Sequence record: MN850651.1
DNA length: 64,000 bases
Direction: 5' to 3' (one strand)
From: Escherichia phage moskry
Under the pieces are notes generated by a model. The model was not told where the DNA came from. It saw only the letters and a program-made list of their open reading frames with translations, and did not search any database. The stretch's first letter is position 1. Each line of letters opens with the position of its first letter. Of the stretch, positions 58,320-64,000 are shown piece after piece. Made by a program: the position numbers and the translations under genes.

Positions 58320-60052
58320 TGGAAATGATTAGCAGTAGCCTTAATTGGTTCGTGGGTGTTGTCGAGGACAGAATGGACCCATTAAAACAAGGGCGAGTTC
58401 GAGTGCGAGTAGTTGGACTTCATCCCGCACAGAGAGTACAAGGCGACGTGCAGGGTATTCCTACAGAAAAACTTCCATGGATGACTGTTATTCAACCTAT
58501 TACGTCTGCATCAATGTCAGGTATTGGTGGTTCTGTTACAGGTCCTGTTGAAGGAACTCGAGTATATGGTCATTTCTTAGACAAATGGAAAACAAACGGG
58601 ATTGTACTTGGTACATATGGCGGAATCGTACGTGAAAAGCCTAATAGACTTGAAGGTTTTTCAGACCCGACAGGTCAGTATCCGCGACGTTTAGGTAATG
58701 ATACGAACGTATTAAACCAAGGTGGTGAAGCTGGTTATTATTCGAACTCTAACGTAATTCAAGATAACAACTTAGATTATGGTATAAACCCAGACGATAC
58801 AGATTTAGCAAATATTCCAGAAGATGATGACCCTAATTTTACAATAACGGAAATGTTACGTCGTGATGAAGGTCTTCGTGATAAAGTGTATTGGGACCAT
58901 CTCGGGTATCCTACAGTAGGTATTGGACACCTTATCGTAATGGAAAAGACCCGAGATATGTCTCGAATTAATAAATTGTTATCTGATCAAGTAGGGCGTG
59001 AAGTAACAGGAAATCCGGGAACTATTACATTAGAAGAAGCAACAGCGTTATTTGAGAAGGACCTTGCTAAGATGCAGAAAGACATTCGTTCTAATTCTAA
59101 AGTAGGTCCTGTTTATGCTAAAATGAACAGATCTCGCCAAATGGCATTAGAAAACATGTGCTTCCAAATGGGCGTTGGTGGTGTAGCAAAATTCAATACT
59201 ATGCTTAAAGCAATGGCCGAAGGTGATTGGAAAACTGCATACAAATCTGGGCGCGATTCATTATGGTTCCAACAGACTAAAGGACGCGCTTCACGTGTAA
59301 CAACAATTATTTTAACCGGTAACATGGAATCATACGGTGTTCCTGTTAAAACACCGCCTTCACCAGGAGTTGGTGCCGATTTAGTTACTAGAAATACCGA
59401 TTCAGAAGACCCGGCTGGTCCTCCTGTTCCATTAGATTCACGCATCCTTTTTAAAGAACCGGAATCAAGTTATCGTGGTGAGTATCCATACGTTCATGCT
59501 ATGGAAACAGAAAGTGGTCATATCCAAGAATTTGACGATACTCCAGGTAATGAACGTTATCGTTTAGTTCATCCAACAGGGTCATATGAGGAAGTTTCTC
59601 CGTCTGGGCGACGTACTCGTAAAACTGTAGAAGACCTTTTTGACATCACTAATGGTGATGGGAACTTCTTGATTTCTGGCGATAAGCTTGTTAACGTTGG
59701 TGCTAATGAAATATATTATAACATGGCAGACCGCCTCCATCAAATAGACGGCAATGACACAATCTTTATTCGTGGTAACCAATCTAAAACTGTTGAAGGC
59801 GATGGAACTCTTTACGTTAAGGGTAATATCAAAATAGTTGTTGACGGAAATGCAGATATTCTTGTTAAAGGTGATGCTAAAACTCAGGTCGAAGGGAATC
59901 ATGATTACACCGTCAACGGAAACGTTAAATGGACTGTTAATGGTAATGTTGATATGACTGTTGCCGGGGATTGGGCAGAAACAATGTCTACAATGAGCTC
60001 AGTAGCTTCAGGACAATACACTGTTGACGGATCTCGTATTGATATTGGGTAA
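58319..60052 (+). CDS. 5: Baseplate hub / tail lysozyme gp5
   Basis: 577 aa; MEMISSSLNWFVGVVEDRMDPLKQGRVRVRVVGLHP, lysozyme domain, C-terminal beta-helix VxGxxxV repeats. Confidence 0.97.
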   Translation: MEMISSSLNWFVGVVEDRMDPLKQGRVRVRVVGLHPAQRVQGDVQGIPTEKLPWMTVIQPITSASMSGIGGSVTGPVEGTRVYGHFLDKWKTNGIVLGTYGGIVREKPNRLEGFSDPTGQYPRRLGNDTNVLNQGGEAGYYSNSNVIQDNNLDYGINPDDTDLANIPEDDDPNFTITEMLRRDEGLRDKVYWDHLGYPTVGIGHLIVMEKTRDMSRINKLLSDQVGREVTGNPGTITLEEATALFEKDLAKMQKDIRSNSKVGPVYAKMNRSRQMALENMCFQMGVGGVAKFNTMLKAMAEGDWKTAYKSGRDSLWFQQTKGRASRVTTIILTGNMESYGVPVKTPPSPGVGADLVTRNTDSEDPAGPPVPLDSRILFKEPESSYRGEYPYVHAMETESGHIQEFDDTPGNERYRLVHPTGSYEEVSPSGRRTRKTVEDLFDITNGDGNFLISGDKLVNVGANEIYYNMADRLHQIDGNDTIFIRGNQSKTVEGDGTLYVKGNIKIVVDGNADILVKGDAKTQVEGNHDYTVNGNVKWTVNGNVDMTVAGDWAETMSTMSSVASGQYTVDGSRIDIG

Positions 60053-60055
60053 TAT

Positions 60056-60571
60056 ATGGCACAAATACTTCCTTTAAATACCGACTTAGGAGAAGACATG
60101 GAAGGGGCGTCTATTGACGTCCTTTTTACTCCACAGTTAGAAACAACCGAAACTTTAGTGTCAATAAATATAACAGATTATGAACCGACACAAGGCATTA
60201 CGGTAGATGGTAATCGTTTATATGGAACATATGAAAGTGTGTTTAGCTTTTCTTCGGATGCATTGAAATACCGATTAAATGATGATTTTGAAACCGCATC
60301 TTCATGGGATGATTTACCAAAAGATGAATCCACACAGTTATATTTGTGGAGAGCTCCTCAGAATCTTCGTAAAGTGTTTAGTTATACGGTTGAAATGATT
60401 TATAACTACCAAGAAGAAAGTTCATCAGGCGGTTCTAGAAGTGACTCTGGTACAGAACCTCCACCGGCTCCAGTACAAAAAACTCTTACTAAGGTTTATA
60501 CAAAAACTATAGTAGGAAATTGGAGCAAATGGGCTCATCAATTACGAAACTATGTTTATGCGAGGCCGTGA
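60056..60571 (+). CDS. 5.1: gp5.1-like protein
   Basis: 171 aa ORF in T4 5.1 position. Confidence 0.6.
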   Translation: MAQILPLNTDLGEDMEGASIDVLFTPQLETTETLVSINITDYEPTQGITVDGNRLYGTYESVFSFSSDALKYRLNDDFETASSWDDLPKDESTQLYLWRAPQNLRKVFSYTVEMIYNYQEESSSGGSRSDSGTEPPPAPVQKTLTKVYTKTIVGNWSKWAHQLRNYVYARP

Positions 60572-60573
60572 AA

Positions 60574-60867
60574 ATGTCTGGCTTAAGTTACGACAAGTGC
60601 GTTACAACAGGTCATGAAGCATGGCCTCCTACGGTAATTAACGCTTCTCAATCTAAAGTATTCACCGGCGGTATTCCTGTTCTTGTGGCAGGAGACCAAA
60701 TAACACCTCATACAGAAATTAAAAAACCATACGAGACTCATGGAGGTGTTACTGAACCTCGTACATCTAAAGTATATGTCACCGGTAAAAAGGCCGTTCA
60801 AATGGCTGACCCAATTTCATGCGGGGATACTGTTTCTCAGGCCTCGTCAAAAGTCTTTATCAAATAG
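60574..60867 (+). CDS. 5.4: PAAR-repeat spike tip protein gp5.4
   Basis: 97 aa from ATG 60574 (MSGLSYDKC...); Gly/Val-rich PAAR-like; ORF track start 60520 overlaps 5.1. Confidence 0.75.
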   Translation: MSGLSYDKCVTTGHEAWPPTVINASQSKVFTGGIPVLVAGDQITPHTEIKKPYETHGGVTEPRTSKVYVTGKKAVQMADPISCGDTVSQASSKVFIK

Positions 60868-60875
60868 GAATTAAA

Positions 60876-62849
60876 ATGGCAAACACTCCTGTAAATTATC
60901 AATTAACCCGAACAGCGAATGCTATTCCCGAGATTTTTATCGGGGGCACATTTGCCGAAATCAAACAGAACATTATCGAATGGCTTAATGGGCAGAATGA
61001 ATTTCTTGATTATGATTTTGAAGGTTCACGCTTAAACGTATTGTGCGACCTTTTAGCATATAACACTCTTTACATCCAACAGTTCAGTAATAGTGCAGTG
61101 TATGAAAGTTTTATGCGTACTGCAAACTTGCGTAGTTCTGTTGTACAAGCGGCTCAAGATAACGGATATCTGCCTTCATCTAAATCAGCAGCACAAACAG
61201 AAATTATGCTCACATGTACGGATGCATTAAATAGAAACTATATCACCATTCCACGTGGCACTCGTTTCTTAGCATACGCTAAAGATACTTCTGTTAACCC
61301 ATATAACTTTGTTTCTACCGAAGATGTCATTGTAGTTAAAGACAAAAATAACCAATATTTTCCACGTCTTCGATTAGCTCAAGGACGTATTGTTCGCACT
61401 GAATTAACATTTGATAGATTAAAACCTATCATTATTCGTGATAAGAATATTGACCGTAATTTGGTTAAGTTGTATGTTGACGGAGCAGAATGGATTAACT
61501 GGACTCGTAAGTCGATGGTTCACGCTGGTTCTACGTCAACAATCTATTATATGCGTGAAACAGTTGATGGGAACACCGAATTTTATTTTGGTGAAGGCGA
61601 AATCTCTATTAACACATCAGAAGGTGCGTTAACATCTAACTATATTGGTGGCCTTAAACCTGTTCAGGGTTCTAAAATCGTAATTGAGTATATTTCTACT
61701 AATGGCGCAGATGCTAACGGTGCTGTAGGATTTTCTTATGCTGATACATTAGCTAATATCACGGTAATCGATATTAACGAGAACCCTAGCAATAACCCGG
61801 ACTTTGTTGGGGCCGACGGTGGTGGTGACCCTGAAGATATTGAACGTATCCGCGAATTAGGCACAATTAAACGCGAAACTCAACAACGTTGTGTAACCGC
61901 TTCCGACTATGACACATTCGTCTCTGAGCGGTTTGGTTCTATTATTCAAGCGGTTCAAACATTCACGGATTCATCTAAACCAGGGTACGCATATATTGCT
62001 GCTAAGCCTAAATCTGGATTGTATTTGACTTCTGTCCAACGCGATGATATCAAAAACTATTTAAATGATTATAACTTAGGGACTATTACACCTGTTGTTA
62101 TTTCGCCTGATTATTTGTTTATCAAAATGAATATCAAAGTTACATACGCGTTGAATAAACTCCAAGAATCAGAACAATATCTTGAAGGGCAGATTATTAA
62201 TAAAATAGACCGATATTATATCGAAGATGTAGAAATTTTTAACTCATCGTTTGCAAAATCTAAAATGCTAACTTATGTCGATGATGCAGATATTTCTATT
62301 ATTGGTTCTTCAGCTACTATTCAAATGGTTCGCGAAGTACAAAACTTCTATAAAACGCCTGAGGCCGGTATTAAATACAATAATCAGATTAAAGATAGAT
62401 CGATGGAATCTAATATATTCTCGTTTGATTCGCACAGACCTAATCCAGAAAATGCAAACGAAACTATTAAATACGGTGTTCGCATAGTATCTTCTGACCG
62501 TAATGACCGTGGCATAGGTCAAGTTATTATTGGTCCATTTGCAGACGGTGATGTTGTTGAAAACGAAAATATACAACCTTATACAGGTAATGATTTTAAT
62601 AAACTTACTGTTACTGACGGACGAAACAAATACTATTCAATTGGTGAAGTGAATTATCCTGCCGATTCGATTTATTGGAACATTGCTAAAATTGACCTCA
62701 CTTCAGACCGTTTTGAAGTTCAAACAATTGAACTTTATTCCGACCCTGCAGATGATATTATTTTTACAAAGGATGGTTCTTTAATCGTATTCGAAAATGA
62801 CTTACGTCCTCAGTACTTAACTATAGATTTGGAGCCTATTTCACAATGA
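60876..62849 (+). CDS. 6: Baseplate wedge protein gp6
   Basis: 657 aa from MANTPVNYQLTRTANAIPEIF (T4 gp6 N-terminus); ORF track start 60819. Confidence 0.93.
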   Translation: MANTPVNYQLTRTANAIPEIFIGGTFAEIKQNIIEWLNGQNEFLDYDFEGSRLNVLCDLLAYNTLYIQQFSNSAVYESFMRTANLRSSVVQAAQDNGYLPSSKSAAQTEIMLTCTDALNRNYITIPRGTRFLAYAKDTSVNPYNFVSTEDVIVVKDKNNQYFPRLRLAQGRIVRTELTFDRLKPIIIRDKNIDRNLVKLYVDGAEWINWTRKSMVHAGSTSTIYYMRETVDGNTEFYFGEGEISINTSEGALTSNYIGGLKPVQGSKIVIEYISTNGADANGAVGFSYADTLANITVIDINENPSNNPDFVGADGGGDPEDIERIRELGTIKRETQQRCVTASDYDTFVSERFGSIIQAVQTFTDSSKPGYAYIAAKPKSGLYLTSVQRDDIKNYLNDYNLGTITPVVISPDYLFIKMNIKVTYALNKLQESEQYLEGQIINKIDRYYIEDVEIFNSSFAKSKMLTYVDDADISIIGSSATIQMVREVQNFYKTPEAGIKYNNQIKDRSMESNIFSFDSHRPNPENANETIKYGVRIVSSDRNDRGIGQVIIGPFADGDVVENENIQPYTGNDFNKLTVTDGRNKYYSIGEVNYPADSIYWNIAKIDLTSDRFEVQTIELYSDPADDIIFTKDGSLIVFENDLRPQYLTIDLEPISQ

Positions 62850-64000
62850 CAGTAAAAGCGCCAGCAGTCACAAGTCTCAGAATATCCAAGTTGTCCGCTA
62901 ACCAAGTTCAAATACGCTGGGATGACGTTGGTGCTAATTTCTACTATTTCGTAGAAATCGCTGAGACTAAAACGGCAGACGGTGGAATAATTCCCCCTGC
63001 CAGCTACAGATGGATAAATTTAGGATATACTCCTAATAGCAACTGGTTCGAAAATAGCTTAGACCCATTAACTTCTTATATTATTCGTGTATCAACTGCC
63101 GCCGAAGGCTTTGAGAGATCTGATTGGGTATATACCGAAATATTTGAATCATTTCAGACTAACGCGTATACATTTCAACATATGATTGAAATGCAATTGG
63201 CTAACACTTTTATTAGAGAAAAATTTACAAATAACAACATGGCTTATGTCGATTTTAATAACGACACTATAATGGCAGCTCTAATGAATGAATCGTTCCA
63301 ATTTAGCCCTGCTTATGCAGATATTTCATCTATTAAAAATTTCATTATTGGCGAAAATGAGTATCATGAAATTCAAGGTTCGATTCAACAGGTGTGTCAT
63401 GATATAAACCGTGTTTATTTGATGGAATCCGAAGGAATTCTTTATTTGTTTGAACGGTATCAGCCTGTGGTTAAAGTCTCTAATGATAAGGGACAAACCT
63501 GGAAATCGGTTAAATTGTTTAATGACCGTGTAGGGTACCCTGTATCAAGAACAGTGTATTACCAGACAGATTACACCACGTATGTTCTTGGGTACGATAA
63601 ATTATTTTACGGCCGTAAATCAACTGACGTTCGTTGGTCTGCTGATGATGTGAGATTTAGTTCTCAAGATATAACATTTGCTAAAATTGGTGACCAGTTA
63701 AATTTAGGATATGATGTAGAAATATTTGGTAACTATGCATCATTACCTGCTAACGTATCACGTATTGCAGAAGCTATCGTTTGCAATGACGATTATGTAT
63801 ACGTTGCTGCTCGAGATAAAGTTCGTTTTATTAAAACTAGTAATGCCCCTATTGATTCAGACCCGTTATCTCCGACATATTCCGAACGTTTGTTTGAACA
63901 AGAAACATTTAACATCACAGGTAACCCTAAGGCAGTTTGCTATAAAATGGATTCTGTCGGTGGTAAAATATTTGCACTGATTATTGGTGAAGTTGTTAAT
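62846..64000 (+). CDS. 7: Baseplate wedge protein gp7 (5' partial, continues beyond window)
   Basis: ATG 62846 overlaps gp6 stop (ATGA); MTVKAPAVTSLRISKLSANQVQIRWDDVGANFYYFVEIAE matches T4 gp7. Confidence 0.93.
   Translation, partial: MTVKAPAVTSLRISKLSANQVQIRWDDVGANFYYFVEIAETKTADGGIIPPASYRWINLGYTPNSNWFENSLDPLTSYIIRVSTAAEGFERSDWVYTEIFESFQTNAYTFQHMIEMQLANTFIREKFTNNNMAYVDFNNDTIMAALMNESFQFSPAYADISSIKNFIIGENEYHEIQGSIQQVCHDINRVYLMESEGILYLFERYQPVVKVSNDKGQTWKSVKLFNDRVGYPVSRTVYYQTDYTTYVLGYDKLFYGRKSTDVRWSADDVRFSSQDITFAKIGDQLNLGYDVEIFGNYASLPANVSRIAEAIVCNDDYVYVAARDKVRFIKTSNAPIDSDPLSPTYSERLFEQETFNITGNPKAVCYKMDSVGGKIFALIIGEVVN

Overview
This window is a T4-like myovirus (Tevenvirinae) genome segment with low GC and tightly packed, often overlapping genes. 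Coordinates 1-57682 are almost entirely minus-strand early/middle genes: a gene-40-position fragment, uvsX, a dCMP-hydroxymethylase-like gene 42 homolog, DNA polymerase gp43 (its N-terminus matches what I recall of RB69-group polymerases, so the phage is probably RB69-like), regA, 62, 44, 45, rpbA, 46, 47, 55, nrdG/nrdD, endonuclease VII, nrdC, a long block of small accessory ORFs, rI, tk, regB, a GrcA-like gene, several internal-protein genes, denV, lysozyme e, nudE, two tRNAs, 57B, 57A, 1, 3, 2 and 4. From 57744 the plus strand carries late baseplate genes 53, 5, 5.1, 5.4, 6 and the start of 7. The most notable content is at the positions where T4 carries beta-gt (between uvsX and 42) and imm (between 42 and 43), and alpha-gt is also missing between 47 and 55. 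In their place are an arabinose-5-phosphate-isomerase-like SIS protein, a HAD-like phosphatase, a fused sugar-1-phosphate nucleotidyltransferase/anomeric-kinase-like protein, an extra P-loop kinase and two unassigned proteins. I read this as a phage-encoded pentose (D-arabinose-type) nucleotide-sugar pathway for hydroxymethylcytosine hypermodification. Other points of interest are a dispersed family of palindrome-bearing early promoter cassettes, UUCG-tetraloop hairpins, a paralogous small-protein triplet, a host-like GrcA C-terminus, NTase-fold and macro-like accessory proteins, and an unexplained ~300-nt structured region beside the tRNAs. All functional calls are from motif recognition and recalled T4 homologs; no searches were run.
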